A stretch of 64,000 nucleotides of DNA from the human T2T-CHM13v2.0 reference genome, Homo sapiens. Below, one piece after another: positions 14,323 to 27,833 of the stretch. The first letter of the stretch is position 1, and each line of letters opens with the position of its first letter. Below the pieces are notes generated by a model that saw only the letters and a program-made list of their open reading frames with translations, was not told the DNA's origin and searched no databases. Position numbers and translations under genes: made by a program. The DNA is taken from the NCBI RefSeq assembly GCF_009914755.1, contig NC_060929.1. One strand, written 5' to 3'.

Positions 14323-15633
14323 GCAGCAGTTTTGACCTCTTATAGGCTCACTCACAGACCTACTATCAGCTATAAATTAGGTAAATCATTCTTCTAATTT
14401 TGGTTGATGAAATGTTTGCTGGATGCTGGGTATTGCCTGGTCTAGCCCTTCTTTATGTATGTCATATCCTTCCTGCAATAGCCCAGAATGGTCTCATAGT
14501 GGAACAGAGGTCTGAGAGAGAGGAAAAAGGTAAAAGTGTGCAAAGCATCTTTACAGCTAGGCTAAGAACTGGCTCGCAGTCATTTATGCTATATTTTGTT
14601 TCAAAACAAAGTCACAAGGTCTATCAAGATTCAAACAATAGTGAAATTCACTCTTTCTCTTCATAAGTGGAGCTCAAAGTCATATTGCAAAGAATATGGA
14701 TTCAGTGACGGATAAAGAATTGAGGGCCACATTTGCCATCAATCTACTATCATCTCGTTTTCTGTCTGGCTCCAATTTTATACCATTCCCATATAGAAAT
14801 CATACTCACCTTCTCCCAAGGAACCCAAAATTCCCTTTCAGTTATAATGTTCTCAAAATTCAGCATCTTTTGGTCTATATCAGGTCCACATAAGACTATT
14901 CAGATGTGGCTCATTTTGATTCAGAGATTGATAAGGTTAAAAATAAAAATAGTTATTTGTGCCCCACAATCACTGCCAAGCATACAATGATGAGACAAAG
15001 ACAGGAAAGTTGTATTAAACAGTACCTCCATTTAAAAAGCCAAAGATGGGAAATACATAGAACTCTGGATGTTAACAGTTCTGAAAACCAACTGGGCAAA
15101 TGTTTCTAGGTGTCCTGACACTTGGGAGAACAGACCAGTCACAGATTTGGCCTCCATTCTGCTCCCTTGGACAGGCGCCGCAGTCCATTATTTTCCATAA
15201 TTTCACCATCTGAGAACTTCCTTTTCCAACTTTCTCCTCCCCCATTTTAAAAGGCTAGGGAAAGTTATGTCCTATAAATTTTTTTTTTTTTTTAGCCAAC
15301 TTTCTGGTCATAGAACGATGGGGACTCAGAAGCCTTTTGCATTTTGAACAATCTCAATACCTGTGAGGCCAGAATGATGGCACTTTTGCCTACACGGCCC
15401 CTTAAAACTGTTGTAGGCTTTCAAGTAATTTGAATTAATTTATCCACTCCACTCAATAAATTATTTTTAATCACATTCATTTGAAGCATATTAAATATCT
15501 ATGGGAGACACTCTGTTCCTAGCAGTCCTTTTGTCTGCCTGTGAGGGCCTGCTAAGCACTTTCAATTTTTCCATAGGGTTTACCAAGGGATCGTAAGCAA
15601 TGTTGATGATTTAATCTATGCCCCCAGGTTATA

Positions 15634-15966
15634 CAGACAGTCCTGACTTAGGATGGTTCAACTTACAATGATTTCATTAAGTAGAAACCATACTTCAAGT
15701 ATCCTTATAACCATTCTGTTTACTTTCAGTACAGTATACAATACATTACATGAGATAGTACAACACTTTATTATAAAATAGACTTTGTGTTAGATGATTT
15801 TGCTCAACTGTAGGTTAATGAAAGTGCTTTGAACACATTTGAGGTAGGCAAGACTAAGCTATTATGTTCAATAGTAGGTGTATTCAACGCATTTTTAACT
15901 TACGGTATTTTCAACTTGGAATGAGTTTAAGGGGGTGCAACTCTATCATACGTTGAGGAGCATCTA
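15634..15966 (-). mobile_element. MER47A (TcMar-Tigger non-autonomous)
   Basis: Ends cagacagtcctgactta... and ...ttgaggagcatct; internal match to the recalled consensus; TA on the left flank. Confidence 0.8.
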
Positions 15967-18054
15967 GCACTTTAATAAGCTTCTCCTGACTAGAGAGACT
16001 AGAGATAAGAAACTGCTTTATTTTGTAGCCCACAGGTCTGGCCCTCTCATCTACCCATAAAGTCCTGCTTGGAAAGTGGCCAACTTTTTCTTTAGTTCAT
16101 CACTTTCTTGCTGTCCTACTTGCAATTAAGAAAATCCAACTGACATTTTGAACACTTGCCTAGAGATCTCCTTAGGCAAATCCAAAAGTCATTAGGTACA
16201 TTTTCCATCTTCCAAGTTACTGCAGGCAAGAGTTTTGTCAATTATTTTGTGATGGCATTACATGCATAATCATTTTTCCAGGCTCTGATTACACTTTCTT
16301 TATCATGTTTCAAGTCTTTGTTAACAGTTTGCAACTTTTTCCAATCCCCACTTGTAACCAGTTGCAAAACCAGTGCCACATATTTCAAGTTTCTCTTGAA
16401 CTAAAAAGACAAGTTATGTGTTAGCACCTTATATTATCAATCTCTATTACTTTTTATTACCACAAATAAAAATCTTAATAAACCACCCCTACACTCAATG
16501 GCTTAAAACCATACTGATATATTATTGCTCACAAAGTTTTGCATAGGATAGATGGCTCTTTGGTTTTGATTGTGCTAAGTCTGCAGTGCACTGTGGGTCA
16601 GATTGGAAGAGGCTGGGCTGATCTTGATGGGCTCTCTCAAACATGTGGGTGTGGCTGACTGTTGGCTACACTTGTCCATGTGCTTTTCACATCTTCCGAA
16701 GTTCTAATCTAGGCACGTTCTCATGGCAAAGCCATAGTACAAGAAAAAAAAAAAAGGATTCAAAGATTTTGAGTCCCAAGTTTGGAAATAGTACAGTCAC
16801 CAGTCACCTCTGTTTGCTAAACTTAGTCACAAGACCAGCTCAGATTTGACAGACGACAAATGGGAAGAGCTTCAAAGACAGATGGTAAAGGCTGTTGATA
16901 AAGAAGGCTGTGGAAAATTAAGTCAATTTTTACAATCAGTCTACCACACAGGTGAACAGAGCTTTGGTATCTCTTTTCTGATGTTCATGCTTTATCAGAA
17001 CAGCTAAGTATCATGATTCTTCCTATTAAAGAAAGATAACCAACCTTGTGTTTAATCTGATCATGAGTGTCATTTACTATACATATAAGAGTAAATATAA
17101 AAAAGAGAAGAAAATAAAAATCTACCCACTTTAACTGAAGAAAATTGCTATAATTTGATGCTGTTTTCTTTAAAATGTTCTATATTCATTTGATATAGAT
17201 CCATATATGTTTGCAAACTTAGTTGATATGTATAGTTAATGCATTCTGCTTTTTTCACTTAACATCATGAACACTCAACCATCATTTAAAAATATGATTA
17301 AAACATCCAATGGCTTATTAATAGCTTATGTATATTTAAAACTTCATTACCATTTTTCTAATATTGTATGTCTACAAGTTTTGTCAAGTTGATTTTTACG
17401 GCCTGAGAGATAATTTCAAGTCTTTCAATGTTTCAGATTATTTTATTGTTATTCCTACAATCTTTAAAATTTATTTGAATTTTACTCTTTGATATATAGG
17501 GATACATGGCAGATCTTCTCATGTAATACAACGCTTTTCATTAAAAAATACAACTCTATCATTATCAATTTTAAAAATTTTTATTCAACCTTTTCTGATA
17601 TTGAGAATATTTTACATTTTTAAAAGCGTGCTTCATCACAGCATTCTCTGATCATCATTCTAAATTGTCTCCCCTTTTAATCTCTTTTCTAATGCCCAGT
17701 TATTTTTCTTTATAAACCAATCACAATTTTAACTACAAATTTTTCTTGGTAAACTATTTCACTTTAATATTTTGTGTAAATACTAAAACAAACTAATGAA
17801 AAGCCAACTCTCTTTCTCTGACTCTTTCTAGACACAAGGTAATCAATATCTCTCTTTAGGACAGAATACACGGTACTGATAAATACAATGAGCTAGGAAC
17901 TGAGTGGCTAGAGAACTTTCAGTCCCAGGTGATAGTGGGAGGTGAACAGAAATCTGTATTGTCTGAAGCTACTGGGTCTACCACTGGGCAAAGTGAAAGG
18001 TGGTAAATTATGCACAAGTAGACCATGAAATATATGCAGCAAATAAGAGTCAAA

Positions 18055-18236
18055 TAGTCATGTTGTACAGTTCATAGAGAGTATTTTGAACCTGCTTGTT
18101 GTAATTTTTCATTTATTAGATAGCATAGTCTAAAACTATACTTGTTAGTCATATTGTACAGTTCATAGAGAGTATTTTGAACCCGCTTGTTGTAATTTTT
18201 CACTTATTAGATAGCGTAGTCTAAAACTATACTTGT
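18055..18236. repeat. Tandem duplication, 2 x 91 bp
   Basis: Copies 18055-18145 and 18146-18236 differ at 4 positions. Confidence 0.95.
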
Positions 18237-19107
18237 TACTTTTTATTCCCACATGTTCTTTTGCTGTAAGATGCAATGAGCTCTACTGAGCTTTGGCAGC
18301 AATGAGCTCTAAAAAATGAAAGTACAAGTTTAAAAATTCAGCACCAAAATTCCATTTCTCATGAGATATCATTATTAACATGTAACATTTACAAAATGTT
18401 TTTTGACCCTCTCCTCTTAGGGCCATAGTGATACAGGGATACAAAACAGAAAGCACAAATATTAAAGAACCATTTGTTTTTACTTCAAAAGATAATCGCT
18501 TTTCATTTTAAAAGTTGAGATGAAAAATGGCAATTTAATGTGTAGTTTCAAAAAGTGTGTTTACTTACTAAAGTAAATGATACTTTATCCTGTGTAGTTT
18601 TTTATTTATATCAAAAATGATCATTTAAATATTCTTACAAGCTAATATTTCATGTTCTATTCAAAATAAAAATAAAGCTACAACTACTAATGATATAATC
18701 CATTAGCAAAAGAATTCTACAGATTTGAAGAATGCCAGATTTTTTATCAATAACACAGGTGGTTTAAATAGAAATCCAGTTAATTTCAATAGTTTTGATA
18801 TTTTTATTTAAATTATACAATGTAAAGATTCAGAAATATATTTAAAGTTGAAGGTAAAACATTTAACATTATAGCGAATGCTATTGTAAATTCAGTTGAA
18901 AAGTTCAACATTAATGTTAAAATTATTTCTATCATTATATTTTGCTGAAATAATAAGAATGCAAGCTTTAATGGAACACATTGTCAAGATAAAGAGTTGT
19001 TCTGTTTGTTTTCTAAATTAAGACATTTGTATGGCTGGGATGCTATTGGAATTAGCTCTTATAATTGGTAGATACGATACAAATGGAACCTATAGTTGTC
19101 AAAATTA

Positions 19108-19126
19108 CCTCTCTCTCTCTCTCTCT
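19108..19126. repeat. (CT)n microsatellite
   Basis: Direct reading. Confidence 0.8.
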
Positions 19127-19194
19127 GGTTATTTTTAACTGGTTAATTTGATAATCTATAAAAGAACAGAATAAATTGGGACTGCCCTATTATT

Positions 19195-19345
19195 TATTTT
19201 TTGGGTTTTTGTTTGTTCATTTGTTTGGAGAAACAGAGTCTTAGGATGTTGCCCAGGCGGGTCCTAAACTTCTGGCCGCTAATAATCCCTCCTGTGTTGC
19301 CTTCCAAAGTGCTGGGATTAGAGGCCTGTGCCAGGGTGCCCAGGC
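19195..19345 (-). mobile_element. Alu monomer (FLAM-like)
   Basis: ccaaagtgctgggatta motif, T-rich tail, TSD tgccctat(t/g)att. Confidence 0.8.
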
Positions 19346-20393
19346 TTGCCCTATGATTTTACAGCTTTTTATTGACAATAGTAAAGAATCATAAAAAAGA
19401 TAACTTATTTGTCTTATTTTTTAAAGAAAGTTCCTCTGAATAAAGAACAATGGAGAGTACAAATGAACTTACTTCAGATAAAATATTTACACATTTAAAT
19501 AAAAAATGTAATGTTTATAGTAACCTCCATTTAACAGCATAGCCTCTGAATGTATTAGGGACTTCAGCAACTTTAGTGTATTTTTTTCAGATTAAAATAT
19601 TATAATGTACATAAGTGAGTGAATTAAAAACGTTAATATTTTAAATGTATTGCCCCCAAAATTTAACTTCAACTATTATTGATTTTATTTTTAAATATTT
19701 ACTTATTTTCAGATTATTTGTTATCAAAAAAGGTGGCATCTTATCAGAGACATATAATTTAAAAACTGAAAAAATAATATGAATACGTAGCATGTAGAAT
19801 ATTTTGCTTATGTTAATTTTTAATGTTTTGATACTCAATCTGAAGTTTATTTTAATTTTGCTTTAATGTACAAAAATGCATTTTTTAATATTTTAGAAAA
19901 AAATTATACAGTATTTGAATAGTTTTTTTTTGTTTTGTATATATAATAAAACCAATTTATTAATCTGGAAATCTAGTCTAATTCAAGCATTATATAATTT
20001 TAATTAATTTAGCATCCCTTTTATTCTCAATAGTGTCCTGGTTCAGATGACGAATTAAATAGTCCTCTTAACTACAGTTGACAAAAATAAATTCTTCAGC
20101 TTTTACTTATTTATTCCAGTTAGGTTTAATCCACGAAGTGAAGCTGATTTTTGTGGTCAGGTCCTGAGAAGGATTATTAGGCCACAAACTGATATGAATG
20201 GTTTGGCTACTGTATATAATACTTTCATTACTCTGGAGTTTAAGAGTGGGGCTTTTGAATTATTCTCATCTCATCATGTCCTAACTGATCTCATTCAAGT
20301 GAAGGAAGGCCAGTTGGCATTTTCTGACACGTTTCTACTTCACAAGTACTAGAATAAACAGGCTTCACTTTGCAAAGAGCTTTCATCAGATAG

Positions 20394-20575
20394 ACAGTCT
20401 CCACTTTGCACAGCTGTGTGGTACCATAAAAATGAATGTGCAAACTGAAACCATGCAAAATGACCTTAAATAATTTAATAGAAAAAACTACAATTGTTCT
20501 GTCGACCTTTGAATTTTTTTTTCCAAAATTTGAGAAGCTCTTATTGTCAGTTGTAAATATATACAGAAAGGAAAA
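20394..20575. mobile_element. Possible ancient Tigger-type DNA transposon fragment
   Basis: ggtaccataaaaatg...gtgcaaactgaaaccatgcaaa resembles old TcMar-Tigger termini; family uncertain. Confidence 0.35.
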
Positions 20576-23500
20576 AAATTTTTCAACATTTCCAAGGTCA
20601 GATATTTTGCCTATAACAAAATTACATTCAATTCAGATTTTGCTTCTAGTATTATCACTTTGCCCCTGTTTTTTGCTGCACTTTCAACTTTATTCCATTC
20701 CTTAAAGACTTAAGAGAAGAGTCAACTATAGATCTTAAATAGTTCTTATAATCACTTCCTTGAATGTAAGGGGTGTGTCTTGTCAATTCCCTAAACTGCA
20801 TTCTACTTCAAAGTAGAAAGATTCAAAGATTTTGTTAAAAATGAGAATTTCTACATCAGAGAAAAACAGACAATGTAGAAAAACCTGACAGAAGGAACCA
20901 CCAGCGATGTAATATTTCATTCTGTTGAACCATGCATGCTTTCTTAGGCTAATTCTGGAAAGCCTGCCACCTCCTTGTGAGTTTCCACAAATCAAAACTT
21001 GGTAATGTAGAACTGCTGGCGGCAACTCAGTTATGGTTTAATTACAACGAATGACTAGTTTCTCTCCTGGTGACTTCAGAAGGTAAATTTGTATTCTTGG
21101 GCAGTCTGTCAATCAACTGGAGTTTTGTTGTGGCCTTCTTTTTCCTTTTTCTTCTTCCCCCAAAGAAGTAATTCAGTGAAGACTCAATGTGCTGAACTGA
21201 GCCACTCACATTTCTGGGAAAATTAAGGTCTATTATTTTACATATTTCTAGGCTTTATAAGCAGTCCCTAAAATAGAAAAAAAAAAAAGACACATAAAAA
21301 GAGCAAAAAGAGTAACATCTTCCTAGAAAACTGCCAAGAATGTAGTATCAAATTCACCTCCCTGGACTTTTTGTTCATTCTCTTTTATTTCCACAAAAGC
21401 ATCCCTCCCCACATTTACTTGAAAGAAAAAACAGAAAACAATCAAAAAAAAAAAACAGCCATGGAAATGAAGTAATTGCAGTCCTATTTAATGTCATTGC
21501 CCAGGTGAATACAAATATTATTTGAAAAAATAACTGGAAGTATATTTTCATAATCTACAAGGTTTAAATTGCTGCAGTCAATGCTTCTCCCTACTCGGCC
21601 TCATATAATCTAGCTGTACATTTTTTTTAAAAAAATATTCAGCATAACATCATTTGAAAATTGTTAGCTCATTATCATTTCTCTATTTTTTAGTTAATGC
21701 GCAACCAGATAGCTTATATTAATCTCCAATAAAATGTTTCACAATCCTTCCTAGAAGAGGTTCTCTTATCAATGGCCATATAATAAAAATACATCATTTG
21801 GCAATGCTTGTGAAATGAATAAACCAAAATTTGTAAGGGAAAATTAGTCTTGCCAGAATTCCTTAATTCAAGGAAAGACTTCACTTGAGCAGTTGTCGCT
21901 TACAGCTTGGCTCATGAATTTCTTCTCTAATTGTTAATTGTATTAGCTTAAAAGTCTGCACTACCTTTCAACTAAGAGAAACACTTTTCTGAACCCCATA
22001 CTATCTTTTACCTGCTAGCTTATGTTTCTGTTCCCCGTAGTCATATTAAAGTGACACAAAAGTGTTTTCTGCAATGGTGTCCACTTTCTCACGGTCTTTC
22101 ACTTTCTTCTTTGAAATGAAAAGCCCCTATTGTTTTATTTAGATAGGAAGAAAGTGGTGGGAATAGTTTAGATTTGTTTGATAAGAAACCAAAATTATCT
22201 TCTGTATGCTCTAATGCATATGGAATGTTTCTGAATATTCCATGTATGTTTGAAGAGAAATATTTATTTCCCCTTTTAAGAATACATATAAAACTATGTA
22301 TAAAAACAAACAGTATATACACACATACTCATGCACACGCTTGTAGAATGTTTTATTCAGTTGTTATACCCATTATTTTTGTCTGCTCTGCTGAGTTTCT
22401 AAGGTTTAAAATCCTTCCATGTCAGAATTGGTATATTTATCCATGCTGTCTATAAATTTTTGTTCTACTTATTTTGTAACTCGGTACGTACAGAAGTTCA
22501 TGACTGTCATATCACTGTTATTTTTACCATTGTGAAATATTTCCCTTTGCCTCATACAAATCATTCGCATTGAATTGTATTTTGTCTCATGATAACATTT
22601 CCTCAGCTTCTTTCTTTTGATTAATATCTGCTAGGGATACATTATTCTATCCTTTTGCATTCAATCTTTTTTATGTATTTTAATTTTAAGTGTGGCTCTC
22701 GTATAGCAATGGATTGTTTTTGGAAGTTTTTAAGACATTCAAAAAATATCTGTATTTTCACAGTAGAATTTAACTCATTTTTTATTAATCAATGCTTGTA
22801 GGTATACCCACCATTTTACTTTATGCATTCTATTTTTTGTGATTTTTTTTAAAAAAAACTATTTTCTTTTTCTTTCACTCTTTTCTGATTATATAGTAGT
22901 TATCTGTTGTTATGATTTTATATTTTTTCCTATTATTTGGAAGTTACATAGCCTTTTTCTTTTGTGCTGCTAGTAATTCGGTATTTAAAACATATAAGTA
23001 AATCTCTAGACTACATTTAGAAGCTACATAGCACTGTAGAACATCTGATATGTCTGATTTTTTTTACATTATCATAAAAATTTATTTAGTCTCAATTACG
23101 TTTGTTTATTTACACACCACTGTTTCTTTATATCAAACTCCTGTATAATTTTATTAGTTTCATAGGATTTTACTAAAAACATCCTTAAATAAAACATGTT
23201 AAAGGGGCTCATGAGTGCTAAACTTTCTGAGGTTCTCTTTCTCCAAAATATGTCCATTATTCTCCAACTCTTGAATGCTAATTTAAAAACTCTAAATTCA
23301 AAATTGTTTTATGACAGTTGAAGATTTAGTTTGCTAATGCCAACTTTTATTTTCTTCTTGGTAACTATTTTTAAAATAGACTATTCTAGAACAGTCTTAG
23401 ATTAACAAAAAAAATGCAAAGATAATACAGAGTTCAAAACAGCTCCAGTTCCTCCATTATTAACACATTACCCTAATATGATTAATGACCTAATATTTAT

Positions 23501-25954
23501 ACATTATTTTTAACTAACGTCTATATTGTATTCAGATTTTTTTCCATTTTTACCTAATGTTCTCATTGCATTCCAAGGTCTCATATATATTCTACTAGTT
23601 GTCATGTCTCCCTACGTTCTCCTTGGCTGTGATGATTTCCCAGATTTTCCTTGTTTGTGATGAGCTTGACAGCTTCAAGGAGGTGTAGTCAGGTGTTTTC
23701 TAGGATGTCCTTTAACATTTCTCTGATATTTTTTTCATGGTTAAGGAGGAAGACCTCAATAGTAAAGTGCCATTTTCATCACATCATAGCAAAAAGATAT
23801 ACTATCAACATGATTTGCCATTGTTGATGTTGACGTTCAACAACTGACTGAATTACTGTTTGTCAGATTTCTCTACTGTAAATTTACCATTACATTTCCT
23901 CCATTTTTACTGTACTCTTTAGAAAGCTATTATGTGCAGCCCACTGTTAGGAAGTAGAGAGTTTTTCTCCACCTTCTCGAAGATAGGTAGAGTATCTATA
24001 TTTCCTTATTTAAAATTTTTCTGGGTAGGAGAGTTGTCTCCTTACTCTCGCTTGTTTATTTATTCAATTATTTATTTATATAAGTATGTATTCCTGGATA
24101 TTTATTTTATACTTTGAATTAAAATCAAAAATTTATTTACTCATTTTATTGCTCAAGTTTCTCCAATATTGGCCATTGGGAGCGCTTTCAGCTAGTACCT
24201 GTGTTCTCTTGAAGCTACATAGCACACTGGAACATCTTGGAATGCAAAATTGGACAGCCATTAAAAAAATAGTTTGGAAATTTTTTACAAACTAAATCGC
24301 CTCATTAGAAGACAGTTTGGCAATTTACAAACCTAAAACATAGTCCTACTATACAATCCAGCAATCACACCACTGCTTTTTTTTTGCATTCCAAAAAAAT
24401 AGTCTCTATTTTTGAGTGCTTTCTTACTTTCTGGTGCTACAGGATGTTCCAGATTCATCTTCCATATTTCCTGCCTTAGTTGCAGAACTATTTCTTCAAG
24501 GAAAATTGGTTCTTTTTTATTGGGAATTGGTATTAGAAACCAAGGTCTGTGTGATAGATATGCTTGTTATTCCTGGGATGTGGTTGCTTCTAGGTCTTCT
24601 TAGCTGACAGAGCAAGGAAACATATGTGTGTGGACTAACCCATGTGTATACATATATCTATACATATTTCTATACGTAATTATTTGTATCTGTATTAAGC
24701 TAAACATGAGTTCATGCCAATATCTCCAACTCAAATATATGACCACATGGATTATTCTAGGTTCCTCTAGTTATGTGTAAACTCACTCTTTAACAGTAAG
24801 AAACCTGGCTCTCATCATGTATTTACTTAATTGTTTAATTCTAACTATGTATATACCAATATCGTAATGATTACCCCTGATGCTGATGGGAACTTATTTT
24901 GTCTACCAGAGTACATTGCTGAGATACATTTTTTAAAATTTTAACCTTACAAACTCCACACATTTTTAAGGTTTATTACATAAGCAACTTTCTCCCATTG
25001 CCTTCAACAAGGTTTTCATACATTTATATTTTAGTTATTTTATTACATTCTGCATTCTGTGCTGGGATCCTCCAACCTCCATTTTAAAATTTGCATGCAT
25101 TTAAGTTCACCCTTAGTGCTGTAAAGTTCTATAGATTTTGACAAATGCAGAGTGTATCAAGTATCCACTTTTGCAGTGTCACGTTTATAATAGTTTCAAT
25201 TCCCTAAAATTACCCTGGTGCTTCCTCTATCCAAGCCTACTCCTAAACCAAGAGGAACCACTGATCTTTATACAGTTGCTGCAGTTTTGCTTTTTCCAAA
25301 AGGTCATGTATAATATGAATCAGATAGTATGTGGCTTTCTCAGATTGTTGTTTTTTTCACTTTGAAATATGTGTTTAAGATCTATCCCTTTTTATGGCTT
25401 GATAGCTCCATTATGTTTATCACTGAATAATAGTTCATTATATTGATGTGCTATACTTTGCTCATCCATTCACCTATGGAAGGACAACTCGATTGCTTCC
25501 AGGTTTTGATGATTAGGAATAAAGCCACTATTAACATTCATGTGTAAGTTTTGCATGGACATAAGTTTCAGTTGAGTAAATATCTAGTGATGTGATTGCT
25601 GGATTGTATGGTAAGACTATATTTTAGATTTGTAAGTTGCCAAACTGTCTTCTAATGAGATGATTTAGTTCTGGCAACAAGAAATTGCCAAACTATTTTT
25701 TAAATGGCTGTCCAATTTTGCATTCCACCATTAAGGAATGAGAATTTCTGTTGCTCTGCATCATTGTTAGCAGTTTACATTGTCACTTTTTGGACTTTAG
25801 CCCTTCTAATAAGTACATAGGGGTATCTTATGATTGTTTGTAATTTGCCATTACCTCATCACAAGTGAAGTTGAGCATCTTTTTATATGTTTATTTGCTA
25901 CTTGTATAACTCCTTTCATGTGATGTTTATTCAGACAATTGGTCCATTTTCTTT

Positions 25955-27833
25955 CAGATTCAGGGGGTACATGTGCATGTTTGTTACATAGGTATATTGC
26001 ATGCTGATGGGGATTCAACTTCTAGTTTACTCATTATCCAAATAGTTAACATTGCACCCAATAGGTAATTTTTCAGCTCTTGTCACTCTCCTAATCTCCT
26101 CCCTTTTGGAGTCCTCATTGTCTATTATTTCTATCTTTTTGGCGCTGTGTACCCATTGTTTAGTTCCCACATAAGTAAGAATATATGGTATTTGGTTTTC
26201 TGGTTCTGAGTTCGTTCACTTAGGATAATGACCTTCAGCTTTATCCATGTTGCTGCAAAAGACATGAATTCCTTCTTTTTGGGGCCACACAGTATTCCAT
26301 GGTGTATATATACCACATTTTATTTATCCAGTCAACCATTAATGGACACTTTTGTTGGGTCGATGACTTGCTATTGTGAGTAGCATAGCAGTGAACATAC
26401 AAGTGCAGGTGTATCTTTTAAATAATGATTTATCTTCCTTTGGGTAGATATCCAGTAGTGAGACTGCTAGGCCAAATGATAGTTCTATTTTTAGTTATTT
26501 GAGAAATCTCCATATTGTTTTCCACCGAGGTTGAACTAATAAACATTCCCACCAATAATGTGTAAGTGTTCCCTTTCTCCACATCCATACCAACATCTTG
26601 ACTTTTTAGCAGTGGCCATTTTGACCGGTATAAGATGATATCTTATTGTGGTTTTAATTTGTATTTCTCTGATAATCAGTGACGTTGAGCATTTTGTCCT
26701 AAGTAAAAAGAAAAAATCTACAGGCATCACGTTGCCTGACTTCAAATATGCTATAAGGCTATAGTAACTAAATCTGCATGGTACTGGTACAAAAAGAGAG
26801 ATAGATTAGTGGAAGAGAATAGATAATGCAAAAATAAAGCTACATACTTATAACCAACTGATCTTCCACAAAGTTGACAAAAATAAACAATGAGGAGAGG
26901 ATGTTCTATTCAATAAATGGTGCTGGGAAAATTGGCAAGCCATATATAGAAGAATAAAACTGCACCCCTATCTCTCACCATACACAAAAATTAACTCCAA
27001 CTCTCGATAATCTCCAACTCTAGTATATTACCACATGGATCATTCTAGCTTCCTCTCATTATTTGTAAAGATGAATTAAAGACTTAAATGTAAGACCCAA
27101 AGTTCTAAGAATCTTAGAAGAAAATCTAGAAAACACTCTTCTGGACATTGGCCTAGGCAAATAATTTATGATGAAGACTCTGATATGCTTTGGATCTGCG
27201 TCCCCACCAAATCTCATGTTGAAATGTAATCCCCAGTATTGGAGGTTGGGCCTGGTGGGAGGTGTTTGGATAATGGGAGCAAATCCCTCATGGCTTGCTG
27301 CTGTCCTTGCAATAGTGAGTTTTCACCAGATCTTGTTTAAAAGTATGTGGCACCTCCCCAGACTCTCTTGCTCCCACTCTTGGCATGTGAGATGCCTGCT
27401 CCCCCTTTGCCTTCTGCCATGATTATAGGCTTCCTGAGGCTCACCAGAAGCTGACGCTGATATTTTGCTTCCCATACAGGTTGGAGAACTGTTAGCTAAT
27501 GAAACTGCTTTTCTCATAAATTATCGAGTCTCAGAATATTTCTTTATAGCAACACAAGAAGGCCTAATACCAACTCCAAAAGCAAATGCAATAAAAACAA
27601 AAATAGACAAATGGAACTTAATTAAACTAAAAAGCTTCTGCACAGCAACAGAAATAACCAGCAGAATAAACAGACAACCTACAGAATGGGACAATATACT
27701 TGCAAATTAAACCTCTGACAAAGGATTAATATCTGGAATCTGCAAGGAACTTAAATAATTCAACAAGAAAAAAATAACCCCATTAAAAGCTGGGCAAAAG
27801 ATATGAACATACATTTCTCAAAAGAAATACAAG
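25955..27833 (-). mobile_element. L1 (L1PB/L1MA-type) with 5' inversion: antisense part 25955-26695, inverted part 26696-27833
   Basis: Strand switch at ~26695. Flanking imperfect direct repeat tggtccattttcttt (25940-25954) / tggtccattgtttcttt (27834-27850). Confidence 0.85.
27181..27571 (+). mobile_element. MSTA-like solo LTR inside the inverted L1 segment
   Basis: tgatatgctttggatc...ggcctaatac; TSD gactc/aactc; L1 resumes with ccaaaagcaaatgc. Confidence 0.88.

Larger units (their letters stand above)
13847..16948 (-). mobile_element. Ancient MLT1 (MLT1J/I-like) element with LTR-internal-LTR layout
   Basis: Two diverged LTR copies (13847-14752, 16430-16948), both containing aaaccaccc and ending ...atca(a/g)tctac(t/c)a, with ~1.7 kb between them. 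Confidence 0.55.

Noticed and set aside
18055-18236. Repeats as a CRISPR-like array (also 28395-28441)
   Set aside because: There are no unique spacers, only 2-3 units, in a eukaryotic context with no cas genes.
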